64,000 nt of DNA from a virus. Made by a program: the position numbers and the translations under genes. This document shows, in pieces, positions 9,207 to 18,517 of the stretch. The notes beneath the pieces were generated by a model. It did not search any database. It had not been told where the DNA came from and saw only the letters and a list, made by a program, of their open reading frames with translations. How positions within the stretch are numbered: position 1 is the first letter of the stretch; every line of letters begins with the position of its first letter. The stretch lies in IMG/VR virus record IMGVR_UViG_3300025141_000021; one strand, 5' to 3'.

Positions 9207-9214
9207 TAAATAGT
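9207..9214 (-). promoter_or_regulatory. ACTATTTA motif
   Basis: 19 nt upstream of the small ORF ATG at 9187. Confidence 0.55.
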
Positions 9215-9222
9215 TTTTGATA

Positions 9223-9528
9223 TCAAGAATCTCCATTTAATTTCAAATTAAAACCATCATCTGTGAAAAGCATGCACAACGCGTAAGAAGTACCAGAACT
9301 TAGACATGACATAATAAAATAATCTGTAATTTCGGGATCTAAGTACAGAAATGATGAATACTTAAATAACATTAAAATAACCCACCCCACGTGAAAACCA
9401 ATACACATTGGGCAGTGAAAAAAGCCACCAAAATATTTCTTGGGCGGCCTTATTGCGTTAAAGATTGAGCCATACACTAGAATTTGTGTAAGGCCATAAC
9501 AACAAAGTACGAAAGATATTAGCCACAC
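9223..9528 (-). CDS. Small membrane protein with HCPMC motif (DUF1360-like)
   Basis: Three hydrophobic segments, FHCPMCIGFHVGW. Likely GTG start at 9528, just after the upstream TAA. Confidence 0.65.
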   Translation of the reverse strand: MWLISFVLCCYGLTQILVYGSIFNAIRPPKKYFGGFFHCPMCIGFHVGWVILMLFKYSSFLYLDPEITDYFIMSCLSSGTSYALCMLFTDDGFNLKLNGDS

Positions 9529-9529
9529 A

Positions 9530-10099
9530 TTATGCTCTGTACATTCTGGTGTGCGCGTATGGGGTGCGGATCCACCCGGGGCGCAAAGAGCCCTTTGTTT
9601 CACCGTGTGGTACTTCGCCTAGCTCTGTTGATTCTTCTTCTTCCGGATCGGTCAAATAATCTTTAAAGTCATCCAGATGATCCTCAACTTCTCCAAAATA
9701 TGGACGCTCAAGATCAAGAAATTTTGATATTGTTAAAAGAACAACCTGTACTGGATCAACCCCTTCCGAAGCAGCATCTGGATATTCTGCCTCTATCGAT
9801 CCATATATATTCCCGCCTTGAATTGAGCCTAGCTTAATAGCTCCTCTTTTGTTCATAAAATCAAAAAGGCGATCTTGTGCGTTATAAACATGATCTCCCA
9901 TAACGGTTTTAGGAAAAGCCAAGATCTTATTCTTGTTTGGTATGATTACAATATCCAGCATATCGTGATCAAAAATGACTACGTTTCCTTCAAGCGTCTT
10001 GCGCGCATTTAATACAATTGAAGTTTGTACTTTTTTTTCGGCGGCTTCGGCTTCAGCTGCTTCAGCAGCAGCACCAATTTTGATTGTGATATCCGGCAT
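9530..10099 (-). CDS. Hypothetical protein
   Basis: 189-aa ORF, TAATG-type coupling to the upstream gene. Confidence 0.7.
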   Translation of the reverse strand: MPDITIKIGAAAEAAEAEAAEKKVQTSIVLNARKTLEGNVVIFDHDMLDIVIIPNKNKILAFPKTVMGDHVYNAQDRLFDFMNKRGAIKLGSIQGGNIYGSIEAEYPDAASEGVDPVQVVLLTISKFLDLERPYFGEVEDHLDDFKDYLTDPEEEESTELGEVPHGETKGSLRPGWIRTPYAHTRMYRA

Positions 10100-10923
10100 T
10101 AGTTTTTGATCTCATTGGCTAAACTTTGAATTTTTAGCACCTTTTTAATTATATCGCGAGAAACTATTTGGCTCTTAAAGCCTTCTAGAAGATCGATTAC
10201 GCTTTTGGTTTTTTTAATCATCTCGGGATCATCTTTAATTTCTTCGTTTTTAATTGACTCGGAGATACAATCTTTTAATCGGCCAATCTCCTCATTTAGA
10301 TAAACTTTAAGGCCAATGCCGTTATCATTAAACGACATAATATACTCTTTGAGTAGTTTGTTTTGCTCGCTAAGTAAGCCCTTATAGGCCTGATTAAACT
10401 TATCTACAAACGTGTTATAAACGATGTTGTCAACTGGCTCAAGACCTTCTCCACCGGGCGCCTTTTTCGCTATCATTTTTTTAATCATAGATTCTTCTAA
10501 AACAACACGTTTCCTAACCGTGGTTCTGTTGCTAAAAATCTGCGATATCGTTGCTAAATTTTTATAGTTCGGGATGAAATTGGAGAACACTGATGGGGAT
10601 AGCTTTTTATTGATATCGTTTATAATTGCAGTCTGCTCATCAAATAAGCCTTCTTCTGAAAAACCCTCGCCAAAGCGAGCACATTTAACTTCATGTAAAA
10701 GTTTTTCCGCAATATATTGATTCACCTCCCTTGTCTCATGCAGAATATTATATAACTCCATTTCTCGCGCAAGCATGCTGCCTTTCTTAAAATGAGTTCT
10801 AACCATTTCTAGTATGCTGTCTTTTCGTTTGCTGTTCTTTTCAACTACAGCTTTCGTCAATTCCCTGATTAACGTTTCATATAAAAACAGACTATTTCTC
10901 TTCTTATTATGTTTCATCTTCAT
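10099..10923 (-). CDS. Hypothetical helical protein downstream of portal
   Basis: 274 aa (MKMKHNKKRNSLFLYETLIREL...), overlaps the portal 3' end. Confidence 0.7.
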   Translation of the reverse strand: MKMKHNKKRNSLFLYETLIRELTKAVVEKNSKRKDSILEMVRTHFKKGSMLAREMELYNILHETREVNQYIAEKLLHEVKCARFGEGFSEEGLFDEQTAIINDINKKLSPSVFSNFIPNYKNLATISQIFSNRTTVRKRVVLEESMIKKMIAKKAPGGEGLEPVDNIVYNTFVDKFNQAYKGLLSEQNKLLKEYIMSFNDNGIGLKVYLNEEIGRLKDCISESIKNEEIKDDPEMIKKTKSVIDLLEGFKSQIVSRDIIKKVLKIQSLANEIKN

Positions 10924-12838
10924 TCTCGCGTGACTCCAAACCTGAAATTAATTGTTTAACCTCGCGCTTAACTTCAAACAAATTTTTCTCTTCAGTATAA
11001 GTAGGCTCCAAGTTCTCATTTATCCCATACATTGCACTTCTTAAGCCCATCAAATCTGAAAAGCCTTTAAAAGTATTTCTTCTTGTTGCTCTAGCCGTTT
11101 CATCCGAATATTGGCCTCTAGAGCTTCGCGTTCTAGCTCCTTGGTCTCTCTTATCGCTTTTGACGGGATGATATATCTTACCTTTTGCGCCGGGAGTTAA
11201 ATATCCATCTTCGCGTTTTCCTGGTGCAGCTAGAAGAGTTTCTTCTTCGCCGGTGTCGGCGGCCTCAAGTTCACCACCTTCTTCGCCACCTAAGCCTTCA
11301 AGGCCCTCTTCGCCACCCAAACCTTCAAGGCCCTCTTCGTCGCCTAAGCCTTCAAGACCCCCAAGGCCACCTGCTGCTTCTGCAGCGGCGGCTTCGGCAA
11401 TTGCCTCAAGCGAAGCTTCAAACTTCTTGTCATAGAACATTTCTCGTTGATTACGAAGGAACTCTTCATCAGACATATTAAACATCTTGTTGGCAATCCA
11501 GCGCTTAGAAAAGAAGCCTTCCGTTGCCGAAGCTGCAGTATCAAACTTGGTTTTCCAATGTTCAAGTTCTTGAAGTTCTGCAATCTTAGACGGGTTATTT
11601 AACGATAATTTAAAGTTTACTAAATCGTCCCCCTTAAACCCTAGAGTGTATAGATGAACAATACCAATCTTCTCAAGCTCTGTTAACATTGCTCTTTGTA
11701 ATCTTTGAATTGTCCTAGCAAAACGGATATCTTTTTGAGCTAAAGTTGTTTTGTCCTCGTCACTGTCTTCACCTCTAGAAAGATAAGCCTGTGGAACCTT
11801 AAGCGCTGAAAACAGTTTGTCTCTCAGATATTTAACATCATCAATGTCGCCAGTGTATGAGCCGCCAGTCAGGTTTTCGATCTTTGTATTTGAAGTGCCG
11901 CGGACAGGCAAAAAATAATCTTCTTCAATTGATAAAGGATTATAACGAAGATCTACGCGGCCAGTTGATGTATCAACAATTTGATGTCGCTTCATTGATG
12001 AAATAACTTTTTGTATATATTGTTCAACATCTTGTGGAGCGATGTTGCCAACATCAATATAAAATACTCTTCTATCCGGGGCACGGACAATTCTATAGGC
12101 CATCATCGCGTCTTCTAGAAGTACAAGTTGTCTCCAAATACGACGAGCAGCATCAAGGGTCGACGTTCCATATGGTGCGAACTTATCATTGCCAAGAATT
12201 CTAAAATGTGCAACTTGCCAATTCTCAAATGTCATCCCAGCCGAGTTCCACTGAAACTGAACATAATTTGGATTTGTCTTGTCTTCGCCTTCAAGCCTCT
12301 CAAGCTCATTCGTTGGCAGGCCCAGTACGTTGGTTACACCAAGTTCTTCATCCAAATCCATATAAAGGAAGAAGTCGCCAAATTTGCACATTGTTCGACA
12401 CCAACCAAACAGGTTGAACTCAATGTTCATGATGTTATAATAGAGTGACTGAAGTACTGCTTTAATTTCTTCGTTCGGGCATGCGATTGTTAGTAGGGGC
12501 TGCAGTTGACTTGAGGTTGTCATTTCATCGGCATATATATCAAGTGCCGATGCAATTTCTGGCATGTATTCCATCTGATCAAAGTCCACGTATCTTTCGA
12601 TACGGCTTTGATTCATCATTACTGGATGGCTTAAATTACCAAATGGATCGTAAGCTGCTCGTTTAAACTGTTGACCGCTCGCAGATCTAAACCTGCTAGA
12701 GTGTTTGTCCATCTGCCATCGTTTTTCGCGACGGGCTTGCTCTGCTCGATAATTAACCAGGGGTCCAGAAAATAATCTGGTTAGTGATTTGAATAATGTG
12801 CTTCCTTGATTTCTTGGATTTCTTTTTTGATCAGCCAT
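10907..12838 (-). CDS. Portal protein, T4 gp20-like
   Basis: PEIASALDIYADEMT, YGTSTLDAARRIWRQLVLLEDAMMAYRIVRAPDRRVFYIDVGN, EEDYFLP, DDVKYLRDKLFSALKVP. Confidence 0.93.
   Translation of the reverse strand: MADQKRNPRNQGSTLFKSLTRLFSGPLVNYRAEQARREKRWQMDKHSSRFRSASGQQFKRAAYDPFGNLSHPVMMNQSRIERYVDFDQMEYMPEIASALDIYADEMTTSSQLQPLLTIACPNEEIKAVLQSLYYNIMNIEFNLFGWCRTMCKFGDFFLYMDLDEELGVTNVLGLPTNELERLEGEDKTNPNYVQFQWNSAGMTFENWQVAHFRILGNDKFAPYGTSTLDAARRIWRQLVLLEDAMMAYRIVRAPDRRVFYIDVGNIAPQDVEQYIQKVISSMKRHQIVDTSTGRVDLRYNPLSIEEDYFLPVRGTSNTKIENLTGGSYTGDIDDVKYLRDKLFSALKVPQAYLSRGEDSDEDKTTLAQKDIRFARTIQRLQRAMLTELEKIGIVHLYTLGFKGDDLVNFKLSLNNPSKIAELQELEHWKTKFDTAASATEGFFSKRWIANKMFNMSDEEFLRNQREMFYDKKFEASLEAIAEAAAAEAAGGLGGLEGLGDEEGLEGLGGEEGLEGLGGEEGGELEAADTGEEETLLAAPGKREDGYLTPGAKGKIYHPVKSDKRDQGARTRSSRGQYSDETARATRRNTFKGFSDLMGLRSAMYGINENLEPTYTEEKNLFEVKREVKQLISGLESRENEDET
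11276..11356 (-). repeat. 3 x 27-nt tandem repeat (LEGLG[DG]EEG) in portal C-terminal tail
   Basis: CTTGAAGGCTTAGGCGACGAAGAGGGC / CTTGAAGGTTTGGGTGGCGAAGAGGGC / CTTGAAGGCTTAGGTGGCGAAGAAGGT. Confidence 0.9.
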
Positions 12839-12840
12839 TT

Positions 12841-14427
12841 TTAACCTTTATAAAGCCATGAGTGTTGTTTGGCTTCTTCCGTTTCTTCGTTTATTCTATC
12901 ATTATCTAATGATTTTTTATAGCCATGCATGCCAGGAATAATAGTTTGTATTCTTGTATCCGTTTTTACCATACAATTTAAAAACGCCTTGTTGTATTCT
13001 AAATCTCGTTGATTCGTTGTTAATGCTGTGTCTTTAACCCAACAGCTTATTGCAAAAGCCATGACGAGATCGTCATTATATCCTCGCATTGCCTGGGGTT
13101 TGCTGTTATTCCATATAAATGTTTTCAATTCATTTGCCATCCTTGAAGAAGGTGTTTTAATTAGTTTATTTCTTATAAACTCTTCCATTTTTGCGATTAT
13201 CAGCGGGCGCGTTTTAAGCGAAGTTGTAAAGCCGGCTATCGATCCCTTTCTAGTCTCAGCCTCAAGTTGATCAACATACTCATGTGTCGATTTAACTGAA
13301 TGATAAACATTTGGATATTCAGCGCCAATAATCTTTTCCAAGACCGCATAACCAATATTGTTATTTTCAATAACAATCATACAATTTCCATATTCTTTTC
13401 CGACCTCTTGCAAAAAATTGGCAAAAATATCTGTATTTGGTTTTCCTTGATATTCTGCAACAACATTCAAATCTTCTAACTTTATCACATGAAAAACAGA
13501 ATAGTCTTGTCCATCTCCCCTGGCCACATCCGCAGTTAATAAATAAGAATTCTCTGGCCTAAATTCTTCCCAAATCCAAAAGTTTCTATCAAAGCCGGTT
13601 CTATATTTTGGTTCTTTAATGTTGGACATCATCCACTCTAAATCATCAGGATGGACCACTGTCTCGCCAGAAGTGTTAAAGTTACATTCAAGTTCTTGCG
13701 CAATTTCTCTGCGTGACATATTGCGCGTCTCTTTAGCGAACCAAGGTTGGTCGCGATCTGGGTGTACTTGCCATGGCAATATTGTAGGATAAAAGTCATT
13801 CTTTTGCTCTTCAGAATCAATATATGTTTGATGAAACCAATTGCCAACACCGTTTGGGGTTGATAGTGCAATGCATCGACCACCTGTAGAAAGCGTAGGA
13901 TAAAGACCGGTCCATAGTTCTTCTAGGCCCTCAACGTGAGCAGCCTCATCAATCACTAATAAAGATAGTGCCTCTGAACGACCAGCATCCCCGGAAGTTG
14001 ATGATGCCTTAATCTGTGAGCCGTTAGCTAGTTCGAATGATGTTCTATTATCAATTGTAATATCTGCTATTTTTATCCACGGCGGAAGGTTTTTAATTAT
14101 GGATTTAACTTTCTTAACTAAGTTTGCCGCTGTGCTGAATTTTGTAGCAATAACAAGGACGTTCTTATCGCGATGAAACAATAGCATCCAAACGATATAT
14201 GCGGCAACAGTGGTTGATATTCCCAGCTGTCGAGCTTTTAATATAACGTTAAACCGATGATCGTTAAAATCGTTTATAAGTTGTTCTTGAAAATCATATG
14301 TTTTGAAAGGTATCAAGCCACGCATTGGGTGGGAAATTTTAGCATAATTGTTTATAAAGTAGGACGGGTCTTTGCCTGCTTTTATAACCTCTCTAACAAT
14401 TTCTTTTTTGGTGAGTTGATACGACAT
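12841..14427 (-). CDS. Terminase large subunit, T4 gp17-like
   Basis: ILKARQLGIST (Walker A), LLVIDEAAHV (Walker B), LSTPNG, LLTADVARG nuclease motif, NDDLVMA. Confidence 0.95.
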   Translation of the reverse strand: MSYQLTKKEIVREVIKAGKDPSYFINNYAKISHPMRGLIPFKTYDFQEQLINDFNDHRFNVILKARQLGISTTVAAYIVWMLLFHRDKNVLVIATKFSTAANLVKKVKSIIKNLPPWIKIADITIDNRTSFELANGSQIKASSTSGDAGRSEALSLLVIDEAAHVEGLEELWTGLYPTLSTGGRCIALSTPNGVGNWFHQTYIDSEEQKNDFYPTILPWQVHPDRDQPWFAKETRNMSRREIAQELECNFNTSGETVVHPDDLEWMMSNIKEPKYRTGFDRNFWIWEEFRPENSYLLTADVARGDGQDYSVFHVIKLEDLNVVAEYQGKPNTDIFANFLQEVGKEYGNCMIVIENNNIGYAVLEKIIGAEYPNVYHSVKSTHEYVDQLEAETRKGSIAGFTTSLKTRPLIIAKMEEFIRNKLIKTPSSRMANELKTFIWNNSKPQAMRGYNDDLVMAFAISCWVKDTALTTNQRDLEYNKAFLNCMVKTDTRIQTIIPGMHGYKKSLDNDRINEETEEAKQHSWLYKG

Positions 14428-14435
14428 ACATGGCC

Positions 14436-14726
14436 TTAGACGCTTTCTTCTCCTGGCGGAATCTCATCTGCATCTTCGTGACCATGTATAGCAGCAGTTT
14501 CCTCCTCTTTCATACGAGAGATAAGGCCTAGGGCAAATTCACGAAGATAGTCTTCAAGCCACATTGGCGGTGCCTCGCCGGCAACTGAAGCCTGTGCGCG
14601 GGCCAGCCCGGGGTCACCTGGTGGTCCTCCACCTTGTTCGCCCCCAATATCAAATTCTTCTAGCTTGGAGTGCTCTTTCACCTCTTCTTTAATAATTTCT
14701 TTTAGTCTTTGTCGGGTAAGTTTCAT
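14436..14726 (-). CDS. Small acidic protein with shared MKLT..LKEII.EE leader
   Basis: 96 aa, starts MKLTRQRLKEIIKEEVKE. Confidence 0.7.
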   Translation of the reverse strand: MKLTRQRLKEIIKEEVKEHSKLEEFDIGGEQGGGPPGDPGLARAQASVAGEAPPMWLEDYLREFALGLISRMKEEETAAIHGHEDADEIPPGEESV

Positions 14727-14727
14727 T

Positions 14728-15288
14728 TTATTGCTTCCCCTTGCGTGTCACATTTTTTGATTTCATGGCGCCAGGATATGTGTCTTTGCCAATTGCTAAC
14801 CACTTTTTGATTGCATCATCAACGTTATCTTCTGAGCCGGGAGCAATTTCTTCAACGTTAGACATGCCGCCAACGTTGTACCACTGAATTGCTCTTACGT
14901 CGGTTCTGCGACGAGATATTGGCTCGACACGAATATCGGGTTCTCCATCGGCAGTTATACTTAAAGCATTGCCAGTAACATTTTTATATTCTTTTCTCAT
15001 ATATTTGGCAATATCTTTTAATCTTCCAATAATCTCGTTTTCAAATCCATTTTCATGAACCTCTTTTAAGTTGGCCTGAGAATGATAAAGTATACGAAGA
15101 CGAGGACCAGCCATGCTGACCGTAAATCCGTCCATTGTTCTAGAATCTAAAATTGGATCGCCCTGTTCTCTCTTAAGGCCGGCCTTTCGGGCTTTGCCAT
15201 CAGCCATATATCGTTCATCATGTGATCCATCATAGGCGTTGGCTGCAGCCTGTGATATTCCTTTTAGTATTTCGTCTGGTGTCGGCAT
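14728..15288 (-). CDS. Hypothetical protein
   Basis: 186-aa ORF tightly packed in the operon. Confidence 0.7.
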   Translation of the reverse strand: MPTPDEILKGISQAAANAYDGSHDERYMADGKARKAGLKREQGDPILDSRTMDGFTVSMAGPRLRILYHSQANLKEVHENGFENEIIGRLKDIAKYMRKEYKNVTGNALSITADGEPDIRVEPISRRRTDVRAIQWYNVGGMSNVEEIAPGSEDNVDDAIKKWLAIGKDTYPGAMKSKNVTRKGKQ

Positions 15289-15614
15289 TATCGGTTAACT
15301 CCTAATTCAATATCCATGGCTTCTTCTGCAGCGCGGCGTACCTCGGCTGGATCCATCCCTTCTTTTTCTACATAGTCTTGCATAAGATCGCCCAACACAT
15401 AAACCAGATTTTCGTAGGTGCTGTAGTGGTCTTCGGGCATGCTCATTTCTCCGGTCTGGGCGTCGACCCATGGACCCGGGTGCGGCGTAGGTCCGGGTCT
15501 GGTTCCTTTTTCTTCTTCAAGCCCTCCGCCGCGAGGCGCGGTCTCTTCCAAGAAATATCTCGGATCAATCCGTCGTTTGCGTTTTGTTGGTTTTGACCAT
15601 CTGTGAGCTGCCAT
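15288..15614 (-). CDS. Hypothetical protein (basic N-terminus, acidic body)
   Basis: 108 aa, GGAG upstream, starts ...KPTKRKRRIDPRYFLEE. Confidence 0.6.
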   Translation of the reverse strand: MAAHRWSKPTKRKRRIDPRYFLEETAPRGGGLEEEKGTRPGPTPHPGPWVDAQTGEMSMPEDHYSTYENLVYVLGDLMQDYVEKEGMDPAEVRRAAEEAMDIELGVNR

Positions 15615-15617
15615 AAT

Positions 15618-15998
15618 TTATTCTCCTTGTGGGCGCCATCCGGTTGTCCATCGTTCTTCCCGAAACTCAACCCACTGAACGTAACATTTATGACAACAAT
15701 CGTATCTGTTCATATAAATGTCGTCTTGTGAGTTAAAAGAATAAACTTTGCACACAGGACAAGTACGGTTTGACTCTTTATTAAGTAGCTTTTTAGAAAC
15801 TAAAAATCCGTTTATTTCTACTTTTTCCTTTTTCTCGCTTAGCTTCTGTTCTTTTAATGAAGCGCGCTTTAATTGTTCATTATATTGTTTCTCTTTTTCT
15901 TCGCTCCAGCCGGCTTTTGGATTTTGTACAGCTTCTTTCCCATATTTCTGTGCAATTGCTTTTTCAAGATTTGCAATGTAGTTTTGATCTTTTTTCAT
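15618..15998 (-). CDS. Hypothetical zinc-finger-like protein
   Basis: 126 aa with CPVC...CCHKC and a C-terminal EERWTTGWRP. Confidence 0.7.
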   Translation of the reverse strand: MKKDQNYIANLEKAIAQKYGKEAVQNPKAGWSEEKEKQYNEQLKRASLKEQKLSEKKEKVEINGFLVSKKLLNKESNRTCPVCKVYSFNSQDDIYMNRYDCCHKCYVQWVEFREERWTTGWRPQGE

Positions 15999-16012
15999 TT
16001 TTCATTTTAAAG

Positions 16013-16486
16013 TTACTTGCCTACTTGTACGGCCGCGGCAAAAGTCCCAAGAGCCAAGGCCATTCCCAAAGCCATGCCTCCTGCAAAAATCCATGGAGCG
16101 GCTGCCCTTTGTTTGCTTGTTTTCATTACAAGATCGTGAAGCCTCTGATTCTCTGCTGCTTTAAGTGCCATCATTGATTCGTGTCGTTCTTTCCAGCTTT
16201 CAATCGTAATATCTTTTGTATCTAATTCTAACTTAAAACGAGTTTGCTGTAATTCAAGCTCATAATTCACACGAAGATCACATTCAAGATCTTCAAATTT
16301 TTTATCGGTAATTATTTTGGCAGCCGCATTCGGAGAAAGAAGTACTCCTGCAAATGGGGCAATATCCCCTAGTTCAAGATTTATTATATCTATATTTGCC
16401 GCTTCTTCTGTTTCTTCTTCAGCAAAGGCGGCGAGGGGAAAAGCTAAATTAAAGATTAATATCAGTGATAAAAATTTTTTAACCAT
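16013..16486 (-). CDS. Exported protein: signal peptide, coiled coil, C-terminal TM helix (spanin-like candidate)
   Basis: From ATG 16486: MVKKFLSLILIFNLAFPLAAFA|EE. C-terminus PWIFAGGMALGMALALGTFAAAV. Confidence 0.6.
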   Translation of the reverse strand: MVKKFLSLILIFNLAFPLAAFAEEETEEAANIDIINLELGDIAPFAGVLLSPNAAAKIITDKKFEDLECDLRVNYELELQQTRFKLELDTKDITIESWKERHESMMALKAAENQRLHDLVMKTSKQRAAAPWIFAGGMALGMALALGTFAAAVQVGK

Positions 16487-16901
16487 GTTCGAAACCATAC
16501 AATCTGGCTAGCTCTCTAGAAAGCCTCTCTGGGTCATTATAACCTTGCTCGACCAATTTTTTAAGCTCTCTCTTTTTCGCTGAACTTAATTTCTTTTCTT
16601 CTTCTGCCAGCTTGCCTTCAACCTTTTCAAGGTTTTTATTGTATTCTTTTAAAATGGTATCCCTTTTTTCAATCTCATTTTGATGAATTTTATCAACTAT
16701 CTCTATTTGATTTTCATAATCTTTTTTAGAATTTTCTATATAATCTAATAATGCGGTAAGAAATACTTGTTTTCTCGTTAAAGCCCACAATAAAAGCCCA
16801 ACAGCTATTAATAGTGTTACAAATGGTATCTGCCAATGTGATTTAAGCCAGAGCCATGTTTTCTTTAATTTATTTTTTAATACCAAAAAACCGATAGTCA
16901 T
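16479..16901 (-). CDS. Membrane protein: N-terminal TM plus coiled coil (i-spanin-like candidate)
   Basis: HWQIPFVTLLIAVGLLLWAL followed by a long charged heptad region. Confidence 0.6.
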   Translation of the reverse strand: MTIGFLVLKNKLKKTWLWLKSHWQIPFVTLLIAVGLLLWALTRKQVFLTALLDYIENSKKDYENQIEIVDKIHQNEIEKRDTILKEYNKNLEKVEGKLAEEEKKLSSAKKRELKKLVEQGYNDPERLSRELARLYGFEHG

Positions 16902-16903
16902 TA

Positions 16904-17737
16904 CTAATCTGCTTTCTTTTCAGGAGCAGCGGGCCTCTCAATATTAAATGGCGATTCTTTTGTTTTGCCCGGGCGCGCCATTCGTCCCATAAATCTTTGA
17001 GCGATATCAATACTTGTGGGGTCAACCCCTGTAACTGCGGAAGCTAAAAAGTCCAAACTTCTATCTAGATTATCAATACCTACCAACAATTTGCTAAGCA
17101 CTTTTTCAAGATTTTGAAATTGGTTTTGTGATGCCTGGGACATGCCGTGATCATCTCCATTGAATTCGGCTAAAGTATTTTCAAGCTCTTCTCTGATGAT
17201 TTCTTCTAATCCTAAATCAGTGTTACCCCGAGGCGCTGCGGCGGGTTCGCCCTCATCTTCTATCTGAAATTCAACGCCAAATTTATCTTTAAGGCCTTTT
17301 TTAATGATATCGAGCGCTTCACCTTGTTGAATTGATGCTAATAGTTCGTGGGCTGTTTTAAAATCTCCGGTGCCGGCCGCATATATTATAGCCTGCAATA
17401 AGCCAGTCCTAGTTTCTTCAACCAATGGCCCAAGCTCTTCTTTTATTAAACCAAAAAGATTTTCTAAACGGGTCCGAGCTTCTTGTAATCCATGCATAGA
17501 TCTGTCTCGCCCGCCCGGGCGCAGCTGACTAAACATGGCAACCAACTCGTTAGCCTGTTGATTAATCATTTGAATTCCAACAAAAAGCTGATTTAACATT
17601 TCAGCAGCCCCTTTTGGATCTATCTGAATTTTTTGAAAAGCAAGAGTGCCTGCCCCCTGAGACTCGGGATCGGCTTCATCTAGCTTTTCTAGTTCTTCTT
17701 TAACGATTTCTTTTAGTCTAGATCTGGCAATTTTCAT
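16904..17737 (-). CDS. Acidic protein with shared leader and two internal leader-like copies
   Basis: MKIARSRLKEIVKEELE; internal LIKEELGPLVEE and LEEIIREELENTLAE. Confidence 0.7.
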   Translation of the reverse strand: MKIARSRLKEIVKEELEKLDEADPESQGAGTLAFQKIQIDPKGAAEMLNQLFVGIQMINQQANELVAMFSQLRPGGRDRSMHGLQEARTRLENLFGLIKEELGPLVEETRTGLLQAIIYAAGTGDFKTAHELLASIQQGEALDIIKKGLKDKFGVEFQIEDEGEPAAAPRGNTDLGLEEIIREELENTLAEFNGDDHGMSQASQNQFQNLEKVLSKLLVGIDNLDRSLDFLASAVTGVDPTSIDIAQRFMGRMARPGKTKESPFNIERPAAPEKKAD

Positions 17738-18018
17738 TATTTTTCCGCCAATGAAGCATCAGCCTTTTCCAGCAACCCACCTAGATCATTTTTATATGCA
17801 ATACCTTCTTCAGTCACCGGATTCCAAGTATCATATAAAGTTTGCAATTCGTGAAATGATACCGATAAATCTCTAACTTTCTCCAAGCCAACTGAAGGAG
17901 CTTCCCTTTCCCAGCCCGGGCCTGTCGGATCTGGAAGATTTTCTAGTTCCCCGCGGGGAAGCCATTCTCTTAGCTCTTTCCTTACTAATTCTTTTAGTGT
18001 TTCTTTCGTAAGCTTCAT
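17737..18018 (-). CDS. Small protein with shared leader
   Basis: MKLTKETLKELVRKELRE, ATGA-coupled to the upstream gene. Confidence 0.7.
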   Translation of the reverse strand: MKLTKETLKELVRKELREWLPRGELENLPDPTGPGWEREAPSVGLEKVRDLSVSFHELQTLYDTWNPVTEEGIAYKNDLGGLLEKADASLAEK

Positions 18019-18242
18019 CGTCTGCCTTCTCTACCAAAATGCGTCTGCAGTATTGTCATTAATTTGCCTAGTTTACCCTCAAGATCTGTTATGCGAAGAC
18101 TGAGTTTATCATATAGTTCCATAACAAGCGGATCTGGCGACTGGAAGGTTCCTCTCTGACTGGGATCATAATGCCCAGCCAGGCCTCCTTCTTTAATTTC
18201 TTCTCTGATAATACCTTCTAATTCTGATTTAGTAATTTTCAC
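18015..18242 (-). CDS. Small protein with shared leader
   Basis: GTG start, MKITKSELEGIIREEIKE, GTGA overlap. Confidence 0.7.
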   Translation of the reverse strand: MKITKSELEGIIREEIKEGGLAGHYDPSQRGTFQSPDPLVMELYDKLSLRITDLEGKLGKLMTILQTHFGREGRR

Positions 18243-18517
18243 TGGTCTAGTCCCTCCCGACTATAAATTATAACATCTCGTTCCGACCCATCTACGTATT
18301 CAGCCGCCTGTCTTAAAACATCTGAAATTTTCATATCTTGAAATATTGGCGGATGTTCTGGGAGAAGGTCTCTTTCTATAAATCTGACAATTCCACTATA
18401 GAACATATCCGCAACAGACCGAACATGTCTCGACAATGCATCCGGCGCAACTTCTGGGGCCTCTTCCTCCATTACTTCTTTAATAACTTTCTTTAAGTCC
18501 ACTCTTGTAAGCTTCAT
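18239..18517 (-). CDS. Small protein with shared leader
   Basis: MKLTRVDLKKVIKEVMEEE, ATGA overlap. Confidence 0.7.
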   Translation of the reverse strand: MKLTRVDLKKVIKEVMEEEAPEVAPDALSRHVRSVADMFYSGIVRFIERDLLPEHPPIFQDMKISDVLRQAAEYVDGSERDVIIYSREGLDQ

